Source of the DNA: Burkholderiales bacterium | GTDB taxonomy: Bacteria > Pseudomonadota > Gammaproteobacteria > Burkholderiales > SG8-39 | Length of the DNA: 62,138 nt | Direction of reading: 5' to 3' | Assembly (NCBI GenBank): GCA_035500055.1 | Contig: DATJXO010000051.1 | Location: 1 to 62,138, forward strand | Part shown: positions 16,117 to 26,306 of the stretch, one piece after another | How the letters are laid out: each line of letters begins with the position of its first letter | Position numbering within the stretch: position 1 is the first letter of the stretch | The notes under the pieces: generated by a model | The model's input: only the letters and a program-made list of their open reading frames with translations | What the model was told of the DNA's origin: nothing | The model's database searches: none | Translations under genes and position numbers: made by a program

Positions 16117-17334
16117 GTGAGCTCGCAATCGCGCGGTCCGCTCGTCGTCACGCTCGCGGCAGCGGCATTTCTGATGGTGACGATGGGCATTCGCCAGTCG
16201 TTCGGCCTGTTCGTCTCGCCGATCAATTCCTCGACCGGCCTGGGCATCGTGACGATCAGCTTCGCGCTCGCCATCGCGCAGTTCGTCTGGGGCGCGGTGC
16301 AGCCGGTGGCCGGCGCGCTCGCCGACCGCCACGGGCCCGCCTGGGTGCTCGCGTGCGGCCTGGTGGTCCTCGCCGCCGGCACCGCGCTCACGCCGCTTAT
16401 GCACTCGGGCTTCGGGCTGATCGTTTCGCTCGGCCTGCTCTCGGCGCTCGGCTCGGGCGCCGGCAGCTTCTCCGTGCTGATCGGCGCCGCGGCGCAGCGC
16501 TTGCCGGCCGAGTCGCGCGGCAAGGCCACCGGCGTCATCAACGCCGGCGGCTCGTTCGGCCAGTTCGTGTTCGCGCCGATCGCGCAGGTGCTGATCCAGG
16601 CCTTCGGCTGGATGGCGGCGCTCTGGGCGCTCGCCGCGGCGACGCTCGGCGCGCTGCCGCTGATACGCGTCGTGGCGCCGCGCGGCGCCGCCCATGCGCA
16701 CGCCGCAGCCGGCGGCTCGCCCTGGCGCGCGCTCGGCGACGCGTTCGGGGACCGCAGCTACGTCCTGCTGAACGCCGGCTTCTTCACCTGCGGCTTCCAC
16801 ATCGCCTTCCTGGTCACCCACCTGCCGCAGGAGGTGAACCTCTGCGGACTGCCGCCCACCGTCGCGAGCTGGTCGCTCGCGATCATCGGGCTCGCCAACA
16901 TCGCGGGCAGCCTCGCCGCGGGCGCCTCCACGGCGCGCTGGCGCAGCAAGTACATCCTCTCGGCGATGTACGGCTCGCGCGCGGTGCTGATCGCGCTCTA
17001 CCTCGCCGCGCCGAAGACCGCGTTCACCTTCTACCTCTTCGCCGCGGGCCTCGGCGCCACCTGGCTCGCCACCGTGCCGCCGACGGCGTCGATCGTGGGC
17101 AAGCTCTTCGGCGTGCGCTTCCTGGCGACGCTGTTCGGCATGACGCTGCTGTCGCACCAGGTCGGCGGCTTCCTCGGCGCCTGGCTCGGCGGCGTCGCCT
17201 TCGCGCGCACGGGCAACTACCAGTGGATGTGGTACGCCGACATGGCGCTCGCCGCGGCGGCGGCGGTGGTCAATCTGCCGATACGGGAAGCGCCGGTCGT
17301 GCGGGCCCCAGCCGCCCCACAAGCGGCAGCCTGA
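16117..17334 (+). CDS. MFS transporter
   Basis: 405 aa with a GTG start, about 12 hydrophobic helices, and an MFS-like loop GALADRHGPAW. Confidence 0.85.
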   Translation: MSSQSRGPLVVTLAAAAFLMVTMGIRQSFGLFVSPINSSTGLGIVTISFALAIAQFVWGAVQPVAGALADRHGPAWVLACGLVVLAAGTALTPLMHSGFGLIVSLGLLSALGSGAGSFSVLIGAAAQRLPAESRGKATGVINAGGSFGQFVFAPIAQVLIQAFGWMAALWALAAATLGALPLIRVVAPRGAAHAHAAAGGSPWRALGDAFGDRSYVLLNAGFFTCGFHIAFLVTHLPQEVNLCGLPPTVASWSLAIIGLANIAGSLAAGASTARWRSKYILSAMYGSRAVLIALYLAAPKTAFTFYLFAAGLGATWLATVPPTASIVGKLFGVRFLATLFGMTLLSHQVGGFLGAWLGGVAFARTGNYQWMWYADMALAAAAAVVNLPIREAPVVRAPAAPQAAA

Positions 17335-18040
17335 TCGCCGGCGGCCAGGGCTCGATCCCGAAGCCGAGACCCAGCACGTTCACCTCGAGCCCTTCGACTC
17401 CGCTCGCGGTCACCGCGAACAGGCCGCCGAGGGAGACCTGCGCGCCGCGGCCGCTCGGCGCGGCGCCGACGAGGCCGTTGCCGAGATAGTCCTTGCCGAT
17501 CGCGGTCGGCGGCAGGTCCGCGCCCAGCTCCGGCACCGCGCGCGTGATCCACGCGGTAAAAGTGTTCGAGTTCGGCCCCGGCCACACCGTGTATTGATCG
17601 GCATAGGGATACGCGCGCGCCGCGGCGTCGATGCGCGGGATGAGCGCCGCGGCTTCGGGCCCGCGCTTGTCGGCGAGCAACTCCGGCGCGTTGCCGTACC
17701 AGCGCGCATCCGGCGCGCGCACGTGGATCAGCACGGCGGTGCCCGACCAGCGCAGGTGCCAGCTGGTCACCTCATACACAGTGTAGCCCTTCGCATCCTG
17801 TGGCTTCACCGCGACCCAGGTGTGCACGCCGAAGAGGCCCCGCGCGCCCCAGGTGCGCGCGGCGTAGACCTGGACCACTGCCTCGGGTGTCGTCGCCGGG
17901 TCGGGCGCGAGGCCGACCGGCTCGCGGCTCGCCGTGCGCCAGTCCTGGGCTACCACCGCGCGCCCCAGCAGCAGCGCGAGGAGGAGCGACGCGGCAGCGA
18001 ACAAGGCCATGCTCAGCTTGCCCCGGCGCCGGGCGCGCAT
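17270..18040 (-). CDS. DUF3750 domain-containing protein
   Basis: 256 aa with an N-terminal signal/anchor. ...YAARTWGARGLFGVHTWVAVKP...YTVYEVTSWH...YTVWPGPNSNTFTAWITRAVPEL...AIGKDY matches the DUF3750 pattern as I recall it. The start could instead be M11 (18010). Confidence 0.7.
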   Translation of the reverse strand: MRARRRGKLSMALFAAASLLLALLLGRAVVAQDWRTASREPVGLAPDPATTPEAVVQVYAARTWGARGLFGVHTWVAVKPQDAKGYTVYEVTSWHLRWSGTAVLIHVRAPDARWYGNAPELLADKRGPEAAALIPRIDAAARAYPYADQYTVWPGPNSNTFTAWITRAVPELGADLPPTAIGKDYLGNGLVGAAPSGRGAQVSLGGLFAVTASGVEGLEVNVLGLGFGIEPWPPAIRLPLVGRLGPARPALPVSAD

Positions 18041-18043
18041 CGG

Positions 18044-18910
18044 CTACTCGGCAAAGAGCGGCTCGCCGAGCCGGCGCAGCGGCTGCGCCGGCCGCGGTGC
18101 CGCAGCCGGCGCCGCGGCCGGCGCCAGGCCGGCGAAATCGAAGAGCTTGCGGTCGAGCAGCTGCGAGGGCCGCACGTCCGTGAGCGCGCGCCGGATCGAT
18201 TCGATGCGCCCCGGATGCTGCCGCTCCCACTGCCGCAGCATGTCGCCGATCACTCGCCGCTGCAGGTTCGCCTGCGAGCCGCACAGGTTGCAGGGGATGA
18301 TCGGGAACGCCTTCGCCTCGGCGTACGCCGCGAGGTCGGCCTCGGCGACGTAGACCAGCGGCCGGATCACGATATGGCGGCCGTCGTCCGAGCGCAGCTT
18401 CGCCGGCATCGCCTTCAGCGTGCCGCCGTGGAACAGGTTGAGGAAGAAGGTCGCCAGCACGTCGTCGCGATGGTGGCCGAGCGCAATCTTGGTGGCGCCG
18501 AGCTCGCCCGCGACGCGGTACAGCGCGCCGCGGCGCAGGCGCGAGCACAGCGAGCACATCGTCCCGCCTTCGGGGATAACGCGCTTCACCACCGAGTAGG
18601 TGTCCTGCTCGACGATGCGGTAGGGAACGCCGCGGGCCTCCAGGTACTCGGGCAGCACGCGCGCCGGGAACCCGGGCTGCTTCTGGTCGAGGTTCACCGC
18701 GACGAGCTCGAAGCCGACGGGTGCCTTGTCCCTGAGGCCGATCAGCACGTCGAGCATGCCGAAGCTGTCCTTGCCGCCCGAGAGGCACACCATCACGCGG
18801 TCGCCCTCCTCGATCAGGCCGAAGTCGGCGATCGCCTCGCCCGCCTGGCGCCGGATGCGCTTGGCGAGCTTATCAGTTTCGAATTCTTTCCTTCTGGAAT
18901 CTCGGGTCAC
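18044..18910 (-). CDS. ttcA: tRNA 2-thiocytidine(32) synthetase
   Basis: 288 aa with the PP-loop [19 protein letters not shown] and [10 protein letters not shown] cysteine motifs, and a TtcA-like N-terminus [17 protein letters not shown]. Confidence 0.9.
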   Translation of the reverse strand: MTRDSRRKEFETDKLAKRIRRQAGEAIADFGLIEEGDRVMVCLSGGKDSFGMLDVLIGLRDKAPVGFELVAVNLDQKQPGFPARVLPEYLEARGVPYRIVEQDTYSVVKRVIPEGGTMCSLCSRLRRGALYRVAGELGATKIALGHHRDDVLATFFLNLFHGGTLKAMPAKLRSDDGRHIVIRPLVYVAEADLAAYAEAKAFPIIPCNLCGSQANLQRRVIGDMLRQWERQHPGRIESIRRALTDVRPSQLLDRKLFDFAGLAPAAAPAAAPRPAQPLRRLGEPLFAE

Positions 18911-18943
18911 TCGGAAACAATAGCCGGGAAAAAGAAGAAAAGT

Positions 18944-19690
18944 CTAGAGAAAAACAGAGCGGCCGCCGTCCACGGCCAGCACCTGGCCGGTGACGAACGG
19001 CGCCGCGGCGAGGAAGTGTACCGCCTCGGCGACCTCCTCGGGCGTGCCGAGGCGCGCAAGCGGCGTAGTGCCGACGACGCGGCCGCGCTCGGGCGGCGGG
19101 AACTGGCCGTCCTCGGGCCAGGCGATCGCGCCCGGCGCGACCGCGTTCACCCGCACCTCTGGCGCGAGCTCGAGCGCGAGCGAGCGCGTCAGGCCGACGA
19201 GCCCCGCCTTGGCGACGCTGTAGACGACATACCCCTTCAGAGGGCGCTCGGCGTGGATGTCCGCGATGTTGATCACCGCGCCGCGCCGCTTCGCCAGCTC
19301 CGGCGCGGCCTGCTGCGCGAGGAACAGCGGCGCGCGCAGGTTCGAGCCGATCAGCTCCTCCCAGTGCGCCGCCTCGATTTCGCCGAGCCGGGTCGGATAG
19401 AACGTGGAGGCGTTGTTGACCAGCACGTCGAGCCGCCCGAAGCGCGCCAGCGCCGCCTCGACGAGCGCGCGCGGCGCGACCGGCGCGAGCAGGTCCGCTT
19501 TCGCCGTCGCGGCGCTGCCCGCGCGCTCCGCGTTGAGCGCGCTCTCCAGCGCCGCCGCGTCCTCCTCGCCGCCGCGGTAGTGCAGCAGCACGCGAGCGCC
19601 CGCCGCGTGCAGGCGGCGCGCGATCGCGGCGCCGATGCGGCGCGCGGCGCCGGTGACGAGCGCGACTTTTCCCTCGAGGCTGGCAGCCAT
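18944..19690 (-). CDS. SDR family oxidoreductase (pteridine reductase / FolM-like)
   Basis: 248 aa from ATG 19690 with VTGAARRIG (TGxxxxxG), NNAS and YSVAKAG (YxxxK). The upstream part of ORF 18944..20215 is noise. Confidence 0.8.
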   Translation of the reverse strand: MAASLEGKVALVTGAARRIGAAIARRLHAAGARVLLHYRGGEEDAAALESALNAERAGSAATAKADLLAPVAPRALVEAALARFGRLDVLVNNASTFYPTRLGEIEAAHWEELIGSNLRAPLFLAQQAAPELAKRRGAVINIADIHAERPLKGYVVYSVAKAGLVGLTRSLALELAPEVRVNAVAPGAIAWPEDGQFPPPERGRVVGTTPLARLGTPEEVAEAVHFLAAAPFVTGQVLAVDGGRSVFL

Positions 19691-19723
19691 GGATCGAGGG
19701 AATTCTAGGGTAAATTCATCTGC

Positions 19724-20854
19724 ATGCGCCCCGCGGAGCTGCCGCTTCCCGAGCCCGACGCGCTCGCCGCGAGCCGCCGGCTGCTGCAGCGCATCGGTGC
19801 CGAGCTCGCGGCCGCCGGCAACTGGATCCCGTTCGCGCGCTACATGGAGCTCGCGCTGTACGCGCCGGGCCTCGGCTACTACGCCGCCGGCGCGCACAAG
19901 CTCGGCCGAGGCGGCGATTTCGTCACCGCGCCCGAGCTCACGCCGCTCTTCGGCCGCGCGCTCGCGCGCCAGCTGCGCGAGCTGCTGCAGCCGGGCGAGG
20001 CGGTGCTCGAGTTCGGCGCCGGATCCGGGGCGCTCGCCGAGGCCCTGATCCCGGAGCTTCCCGGGGTGACGTACCAGATACTCGAGACGAGCCCCGACCT
20101 GAGGCAGCGGCAGCAGGCGCGGCTGGGCGACCGCGCCCGCTGGCTGGAAGCGCTGCCGCAGCGCTTTCGCGGCGTCATGATCGCGAACGAGGTGCTCGAC
20201 GCGATGCCGGTGCATGCCCTGGCCTGGACCGGGGCCGGCGTGCTCGAGCGCGGCGTGTGCGCGAACGAGGGCGAGCTGGCGTGGGCCGAGCGCGCCGCCG
20301 CCGGCGCGGTGCTGGAGGCTGCGCGCCGCATCGAGATCGAGCTTCCCGCTTCAGGGAGATACGAGAGCGAGCTCGGGCTGGCGGCGCGCGCCTGGATGCG
20401 CGCCGCGGGAGCCGCGCTCGAGCGCGGCGCGCTCCTCGCCATCGACTACGGCTTCCCGGCGCGCGAGTTCTTCCACCCGCAGCGCTCGATGGGCACGCTC
20501 GCCTGCCACTACCGGCACCGCGCGCACGGCGACCCGTTCTGGCTGCCCGGACTGCAGGACATCACCGCGCACGTCGACTTCAGCGCGCTCGCCGACGCCG
20601 CCGCCGAGGCGGGACTCGAGGTCCTCGGCTTCGCCGGCCAGGCGCGGTTCCTCGTCAACTGCGGCATCACGGAGCTGCTCGCCGCGGAGAATCCCGGCGA
20701 CGCCGCGCGCTACCTGCCTGCCGCCGGCGCCGTGCAGAAGCTGCTCTCGCCGGCGGAGATGGGGGAGCTGTTCAAGGTGCTCGCCGTGGGGCGCGGGGGG
20801 GAGAAGCTTCCTTTGCTGGGTTTCGGGAGCGGCGACCGGCAGCATGCGCTCTAG
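19724..20854 (+). CDS. class I SAM-dependent methyltransferase, MidA/NDUFAF7 (DUF185) family
   Basis: 376 aa with IPFARYMELALYAPGLGYY...GDFVTAPELTPLFG...EFGAGSG...ANEVLDAMPVH, typical of the family. Confidence 0.8.
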   Translation: MRPAELPLPEPDALAASRRLLQRIGAELAAAGNWIPFARYMELALYAPGLGYYAAGAHKLGRGGDFVTAPELTPLFGRALARQLRELLQPGEAVLEFGAGSGALAEALIPELPGVTYQILETSPDLRQRQQARLGDRARWLEALPQRFRGVMIANEVLDAMPVHALAWTGAGVLERGVCANEGELAWAERAAAGAVLEAARRIEIELPASGRYESELGLAARAWMRAAGAALERGALLAIDYGFPAREFFHPQRSMGTLACHYRHRAHGDPFWLPGLQDITAHVDFSALADAAAEAGLEVLGFAGQARFLVNCGITELLAAENPGDAARYLPAAGAVQKLLSPAEMGELFKVLAVGRGGEKLPLLGFGSGDRQHAL

Positions 20855-21497
20855 CCTTGTCCTGCTGTTGATATTTTTTTCGATAACAGCCAGAGCCGAT
20901 GAGGCAGACGCTGCGCGCAAGCGCTGGGCGGAGAGTCCGTATGGGCCGATGCTCGAGCGCATCCTGCCGCCCGGCTTCGAGCCGCGGATGCTGCCGGCGC
21001 CGGGATCGCGCGGCGCGCGCCTCGTCGAGCGCTACTGCGTGCAGTGCCACAACCTGCCGAACCCGGCGATGCACGAGCCGCGCAAGTGGGACCCGATCGT
21101 CGAGCGCATGGTGCTGCGCATGCGCGGCCGCGGCAACATGGGCAAGCTGATGGCCGGCATGATGGCCGGGGTTAAAGCGCCCTCGGACGAGGACGCGGCA
21201 GCGCTCGTCGCCTACCTGCGCCGCTACGGCCAGCAGCCGCTCGATCCGGCGCGCTACCCCGAGGCGTTCGCGCCCGAGGGCGAGGCCTTCCGCCTCGCCT
21301 GCCGGCAATGCCACACGCTGCCCGATCCGAGGCGCCACACCGCCGACGAGTGGGTGGCGGTGGTCGCCCGCATGGAGAAGAACATGCAGTGGATGAACCG
21401 CGTCGTCGGCACCCGGCCGGTTCCCGGCGAGCCGCAGCTCGACGTCGGCGAGATCCTCAAGTTCCTGGCCGCGCGCGCGCGGCCCGCGCCGCGCTAG
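20844..21497 (+). CDS. periplasmic dihaem c-type cytochrome (two CxxCH modules)
   Basis: 217 aa from ATG 20844 inside ORF 20214..21497. Signal peptide MRSSLVLLLIFFSITARA. CVQCH and CRQCH each sit in a repeated C-x2-CH-x-LP-x-P-x2-H-x4-W-x3-V-x-RM block. It overlaps the preceding gene by 11 nt. Confidence 0.75.
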   Translation: MRSSLVLLLIFFSITARADEADAARKRWAESPYGPMLERILPPGFEPRMLPAPGSRGARLVERYCVQCHNLPNPAMHEPRKWDPIVERMVLRMRGRGNMGKLMAGMMAGVKAPSDEDAAALVAYLRRYGQQPLDPARYPEAFAPEGEAFRLACRQCHTLPDPRRHTADEWVAVVARMEKNMQWMNRVVGTRPVPGEPQLDVGEILKFLAARARPAPR

Positions 21498-22279
21498 ATG
21501 CCCTGCGCCTCGAGCCAGCCGAGGATCGCCTGCGCCGCACTCTCCCAGCCGGCATCGAGCATCAGGGCGTGGCCGAGCCCGGCGAGCTCGCGATACTCGG
21601 CGCCGAGCACCAGCGCCGTGCCGCGCACCTCGTGCGGCGCGATCAGCGCATCGCGCGCCGCGGCCACCACCAGCGTCGGGGCACGGCGCGCGCCCCAGGG
21701 CGAGGGCAGCCCCCAGCCGCTCATGTCGGCGAGCGCGCGCCGCGACTCGCGCTGCATGCGCGCGTAGTAGCCGTTCAGCCGCTCCAGCGCGATCGGAGCG
21801 GCGAACAGCGCCTCGGCGAGCGCCTCGCGGGAAGGGCGGCCGCCGCCGGCGAGCCGCTGGATCTGCGCGAACAGCGCCGGCCGCGCGAAGGCGAGCGCGA
21901 GGCTGGAGGGCGCGAGGCCCCAGGCGGGCACCGGGCAGGCGAGGACGGCGGCGCGGGCCGCCGCCCGCTCGAGGTACTTCTGCACCACCAGGCCGCCCAT
22001 CGAGTGGCCCACCAGCACCGGCGGCTGCGCCAGCGAGGCCGCCGCCTCCGCGACGTCGGCGGCGTAGTCGGCGAGCCCGAGCGCGTCCAGCCGCTCGCGG
22101 CCGCGGCTCGCGCCGTGGCCGGAGAGCGAGACCGCGTGGCAGTCGAAGCCGCGCGCCGCGAACCAGTCGAGGAAATGCGCCTCCCAGCACCACGCGCCCA
22201 CGTAGGCGCCGTGCACGAAGAGCAGAGGGGGTCTGGCAGGTCCGCGTTCCGCTTCCCTGGAGAGAATCTCCAGTTCCAT
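21494..22279 (-). CDS. alpha/beta hydrolase
   Basis: 261 aa from ATG 22279 with LLFVHGAYVGAW and a nucleophile elbow GHSMGG. Its ATG overlaps the GST stop (ATGA). Confidence 0.8.
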   Translation of the reverse strand: MELEILSREAERGPARPPLLFVHGAYVGAWCWEAHFLDWFAARGFDCHAVSLSGHGASRGRERLDALGLADYAADVAEAAASLAQPPVLVGHSMGGLVVQKYLERAAARAAVLACPVPAWGLAPSSLALAFARPALFAQIQRLAGGGRPSREALAEALFAAPIALERLNGYYARMQRESRRALADMSGWGLPSPWGARRAPTLVVAAARDALIAPHEVRGTALVLGAEYRELAGLGHALMLDAGWESAAQAILGWLEAQGI

Positions 22280-22893
22280 CAGGCGGACGGCACGGCCATG
22301 CCCCGCGCCACGGCCGGCCGCGCGCCGATCGCGTCGTACCAGCGCCTGACGTTGCGGAACTGCGCCAGGTCGACGCGATGCCATTCGTGCCGCGCGACCC
22401 ATGGATAGGTCGCGATGTCGGCGATCGAGTACTCCTCGGCGAGGAACGGCGCCTCGCCCAGGCGCTTCTCGAGCACGCCGTAGAGGCGCTTCGCCTCGGC
22501 GCCGTAGCGCTCGGTGCCGTACGGGATCTCGTCCTTCTTGGCGCGCATGAAATGGTGCGCCTGCCCGAACATCGGGCCGACGCCTCCCATCTGGAACATG
22601 AGCCACTGCAGCACCAGGTACTTGCGGTCCTGCGGGAAGAACTTCCCCGTCTTGTCCGCGAGATAGATGAGGATCGCGCCCGACTCGAACAGCGTCAGCG
22701 GCCTGCCGCCCGGGCCGTCGGGATCGACGATCACCGGGATCCGGTTATTCGGGTTGAGGGCGAGGAACTCGGGCCGGAACTGCTCGCCGGCACCGATGTT
22801 GACCGGGTGGACGCGGTACGGCAGGCCGCATTCCTCGAGCATTACCGAGACCTTGCGGCCGTTGGGAGTGCTCCAGGTATAGAGGTCGATCAC
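22279..22893 (-). CDS. glutathione S-transferase, YfcG/YghU (Nu-class)-like
   Basis: 204 aa with MIDLYTWSTPNGRKV...NPNNRIPVIVD...ESGAILIYL..., the N-terminal thioredoxin-fold GST pattern of the YfcG type. Confidence 0.85.
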   Translation of the reverse strand: MIDLYTWSTPNGRKVSVMLEECGLPYRVHPVNIGAGEQFRPEFLALNPNNRIPVIVDPDGPGGRPLTLFESGAILIYLADKTGKFFPQDRKYLVLQWLMFQMGGVGPMFGQAHHFMRAKKDEIPYGTERYGAEAKRLYGVLEKRLGEAPFLAEEYSIADIATYPWVARHEWHRVDLAQFRNVRRWYDAIGARPAVARGMAVPSA

Positions 22894-23001
22894 GGGGGTT
22901 CCTTACGTCGGCGCGCAGAGCGCCGCAGTGTAGCCCGGGCGGCCGCGCGGCGCGTAAGGAATGCGCCGCATCCGCAGACTGTTTCACCACGCAGGGAAGA
23001 T

Positions 23002-24291
23002 ATGCCGCCGCCGCGAAAGAAGATCCTGGTGCTGTTCCCTAAGGAGTGGGACCGCCTCGAGTTCTCGCGCCCCGAGTACGCCGGCCGCTACGAGTTCGCG
23101 TACGCCGGCTTCGACCTGTTCCGCTTCCCGGACAACCTGCGCCTCGCCGCCTTCGACGTCTTCCGCTTCGTCAACGAGGTGGTCGCGCGCTACCGCGGCG
23201 AGCGGCTGGACGGCGTCTTCAGCAATAACGAGTACTTCGGCGCGCTGATCGCGGCGGTGGTCGCCGAGAAGCTGAGGCTTCCGGGCAACGATCCGCGCGC
23301 CGTAATCACGGCGCAGCACAAGCTCGAGGCGCGCCGCGCCTTTGCTGCCGCGGCGCCGGAGGCGACGCCGCGCTTCGCGGCGTTTCCGTACGCCGTGCGG
23401 CGGCGCGACGAGCTGCCGTTCGAGCTGCCGTGCTTCGTCAAGCCGGTGAAGGCGACCTTCTCGGTGCTCGCGCGCCGCGTCGATACGTTCGAGCAGCTTC
23501 GCCGCCACCTCTCCTTCTGGCCCTTCGAGAAGTACGTCATCAAGCGGCTGCTGAAGCCGTTCAACGACCTGCTGCCCTGGTACACCGATTTCCAGGTGAA
23601 CGCGCACCACATGATCGCCGAGGAGATCCTGCCCGGGCACCAGGTCAACATGGACGGCTACGTGCACCAGGGGCGCGTGCAGGTGCTCGGGGTGATCGAC
23701 GAAAACCTGTTTCCCGGCACCAGCGCCTTCCGCAGCTTCGAGTACCCCTCGCGCGTGCCGGCCGGGGTGCAGGCGCGCATGGGCGCGCTCGCCGCGCGCG
23801 TGCTGCCGGCGATCGGCTATCGCCACGGCTTCTTCAACATGGAGTTCGCCTGGGACGCGGCCAGCGGCCGCATCCGCATCATCGAGGTGAACCCGCGCAT
23901 GGCCTCGCAGCTGGCGGTGTTCTACGAGTGGGTCGACGGGGTCAACCCGTACCGCATGCTGCTCGATCTCGCCGCCGGCGAGGCCCCGGCGGCCGAGCGC
24001 GCGGCGCCGCGCTTCCGCCACGCCGCGAGCTTCGCCTTCCGCAAGTTCGACGGCCGGCCGCTCGCCGCGCACCCGACCCCGGCGCAGATCGCGCGCGTGC
24101 AGCGCGACTATCCCGAGGCGCGCCTCATGCTGTACCTGAAGCGCGGCCGCGCCCTGGCGCGCGAGATGAAGTGGCTCGGCTCGTACCGCTACGCCGTCGT
24201 CAACCTGGGCGCGGCCTCGAGCGACGAGCTGCAGCGCCGCTTCCAGGCGCTGCGTCGGCAACTGTTCCTCGAGTCAGACCTGGCGCTGTAG
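23002..24291 (+). CDS. ATP-grasp domain protein of unknown specificity
   Basis: 429 aa from ATG 23002. ...[12 protein letters not shown]...[17 protein letters not shown]...[21 protein letters not shown] follows the ATP-grasp core pattern. Confidence 0.7.
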   Translation: MPPPRKKILVLFPKEWDRLEFSRPEYAGRYEFAYAGFDLFRFPDNLRLAAFDVFRFVNEVVARYRGERLDGVFSNNEYFGALIAAVVAEKLRLPGNDPRAVITAQHKLEARRAFAAAAPEATPRFAAFPYAVRRRDELPFELPCFVKPVKATFSVLARRVDTFEQLRRHLSFWPFEKYVIKRLLKPFNDLLPWYTDFQVNAHHMIAEEILPGHQVNMDGYVHQGRVQVLGVIDENLFPGTSAFRSFEYPSRVPAGVQARMGALAARVLPAIGYRHGFFNMEFAWDAASGRIRIIEVNPRMASQLAVFYEWVDGVNPYRMLLDLAAGEAPAAERAAPRFRHAASFAFRKFDGRPLAAHPTPAQIARVQRDYPEARLMLYLKRGRALAREMKWLGSYRYAVVNLGAASSDELQRRFQALRRQLFLESDLAL

Positions 24292-25320
24292 CGCTGCGGC
24301 GATCGCGCGCTCGCGCTCGGCCTCGACCCGCGCGGCGATCTGCTGCCCCGAGGCGCCCCGCGCCAGCGCGCCCGCGTCCACCGCGCCGGCCGCGGCGAGC
24401 GCGCGGCGCAGCCGCGCGGGGTCGAAGCCCGGCACCGCCTGCATCGCGGCCTGCAGCAGCAGCTCGAAGCGCTCCGGCCGGCGAAACGCATCCGCGCGCT
24501 TCAGAACCTGGAACAGCTCCGGCGCCCCGGCCGCGTCCAGGGAATTCCTCAATTGCGCCGCCAGCCGAGCCAGCTCGCGCTCCTCGTTCGGCACCCTGAG
24601 CCGCGCGCACAGCGACTCCACCTCGCCCTCGCCGAGCGGCCAGGCGAGCAGCGCGAAGCGCACCGCGCGCGGCCCGGCGAAGCGCGCCGGGATCGCCTTC
24701 AGCTCCGGCAGCAGGCGCGCGCGCAGCCCGCAGCGCTCCAGCGCCTCGAACATGCGCTCCGGGTGAGGCTCGTCCAGCCCGCGCGCGAGCTCCTGCCAGG
24801 CGCGCTCCGGCACCAGGTGGTCGGCTTCGCCGCAGTCGACCATCTGCTTCATCAGCGCCGCAGTCTCCTCGGCGATGCGGAAGCCGAAGCGCGCGGCGAA
24901 GCGCGCCACGCGCAGGATCCGCACCGGATCCTCGACGAAGGCCGGGCCGACGTGGCGCAGGACGCCGTCGCGCAGGTCGCGCTCGCCGCCGAAGGGATCG
25001 ACCAGCGCGCCCGACGCGTCGCGCGCCATGGCGTTGATGGTGAGGTCGCGCCGCGCCAGGTCCGCCTCCAGCGTCACGTCCGGCGCCGCGTACACCGTGA
25101 AGCCGCGATAGCCGCGCCCGCTCTTCCTCTCGGTGCGCGCGAGCGCGTACTCCTCGTGCGTCTCCGGGTGCAGGAACACCGGGAAGTCGCGCCCCACCGG
25201 CTTGTAGCCGGCGGCGGCCATCGCCTCCGGCGTGGCACCGACCACGACGTGGTCGCGGTCGGTGACCGGCAGGCCCAGCAGCTCGTCGCGAACCGCGCCG
25301 CCTACGACGTAGGCCTTCAC
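24274..25320 (-). CDS. cca: CCA tRNA nucleotidyltransferase, short form lacking the HD motifs
   Basis: 348 aa from GTG 25320: [28 protein letters not shown]...[32 protein letters not shown]...RRDLTINAM is nearly collinear with the E. coli Cca head and neck. The region that carries H..HD in E. coli is missing. Confidence 0.85.
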   Translation of the reverse strand: MKAYVVGGAVRDELLGLPVTDRDHVVVGATPEAMAAAGYKPVGRDFPVFLHPETHEEYALARTERKSGRGYRGFTVYAAPDVTLEADLARRDLTINAMARDASGALVDPFGGERDLRDGVLRHVGPAFVEDPVRILRVARFAARFGFRIAEETAALMKQMVDCGEADHLVPERAWQELARGLDEPHPERMFEALERCGLRARLLPELKAIPARFAGPRAVRFALLAWPLGEGEVESLCARLRVPNEERELARLAAQLRNSLDAAGAPELFQVLKRADAFRRPERFELLLQAAMQAVPGFDPARLRRALAAAGAVDAGALARGASGQQIAARVEAERERAIAAALQRQV

Positions 25321-25325
25321 TCGGG

Positions 25326-26306
25326 CTAGCGGTGGGCGCGCCAGCGCAGCAGCGAGTAGCGGCCGCGCGGGCCGCCGGGCGCCAGCCATGCCGGCGCCGC
25401 GACCTCGAGCGGCACCGGCTCGATGCCGAATGGGAACGCGCCGTCAGGACAACTGCGGCACACGCTCGGCACGCGCATCGAGCGCAGGTTGTCGCGGGTG
25501 AGCGGCGGCGAGGGCAGCAGCTCCATCGCGGCAGCCTGCAGCCAGGCGGCCCACCCGGGCAGCCCGATCACCAGTCGCCGATGCCCGGCGAGCGCGCACG
25601 CGGTGCGCACCAGCTGGCGCAGCGTGTACTGGTGCGGCCCGCACAGGTCGTAGGCGCGGCCTTTGACTTCGCGATCCTCCAGCGCCGCGAGCATCGCGCG
25701 CACCACGTCGCCGACGTACACCGGCTGGAAGCGCGCCTCCGGCGCCGGCACCGCGAGCACCGGCGCGAGCGCCGCGAGCCGTGCGAACAGGTTCAGGAAC
25801 TCGTCCTCCGGGCCGAAGATCGCAGAGGGGCGGAACGCGCTTGCCTCGAGATCGTCGGCGGCGAGCACCGCCTGCTCGCCGACACCCTTGGAGCGCAGGT
25901 ACTCCGAGGGCGCGTGCGGGTCGGCGCCGAGCGCGCTCATGTGCAGCAGGCGCTTCACGCCCGCCTCGCGGCACGCAGTGACCACCGCCTGCGCGAGCTC
26001 GACGTGCGCCCGGGCGAAGTCCGGGCCGTAGTCGTTGGGGCCGCGCTCGTCGCGCCGCCCGCGCCTGCTGTGCAGCACGCCGGCGAGGTTGATCACCGCG
26101 TCGCGCCCCCAGGCGAGGCGCGCCAGCGCGCGCGAGTCGCGCGCCTCCATCTCGATCACCTCGACCGTGGGCAGGAGGATCAGGTGCTTGGCACGCTCGC
26201 GCCGCCGCGTCGGCACGGTGACGCGCGCCCCGCGCGCGGCGAGCGCCGCCACCAAGTGCCGGCCGACGAAGCCGGAGCCGCCCACCACCAGGTAGCTGGC
26301 GCTCAT
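25326..26306 (-). CDS. NAD-dependent epimerase/dehydratase family protein (complex I NDUFA9-like)
   Basis: 326 aa from ATG 26306 with [12 protein letters not shown] Rossmann and YLRSKGVGE (YxxxK). ATGA overlap with the slt stop. Confidence 0.8.
   Translation of the reverse strand: MSASYLVVGGSGFVGRHLVAALAARGARVTVPTRRRERAKHLILLPTVEVIEMEARDSRALARLAWGRDAVINLAGVLHSRRGRRDERGPNDYGPDFARAHVELAQAVVTACREAGVKRLLHMSALGADPHAPSEYLRSKGVGEQAVLAADDLEASAFRPSAIFGPEDEFLNLFARLAALAPVLAVPAPEARFQPVYVGDVVRAMLAALEDREVKGRAYDLCGPHQYTLRQLVRTACALAGHRRLVIGLPGWAAWLQAAAMELLPSPPLTRDNLRSMRVPSVCRSCPDGAFPFGIEPVPLEVAAPAWLAPGGPRGRYSLLRWRAHR

Noticed and set aside
17270-17334. 65-nt convergent overlap between the 3' ends of the MFS transporter and the DUF3750 gene. 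Smaller convergent overlaps occur at 24274-24291 and 59667-59670.
   Set aside because: Both overlapping tails are low-complexity Ala/Pro-rich extensions, which are common in high-GC genomes. Nothing suggests antisense regulation or a frameshift.
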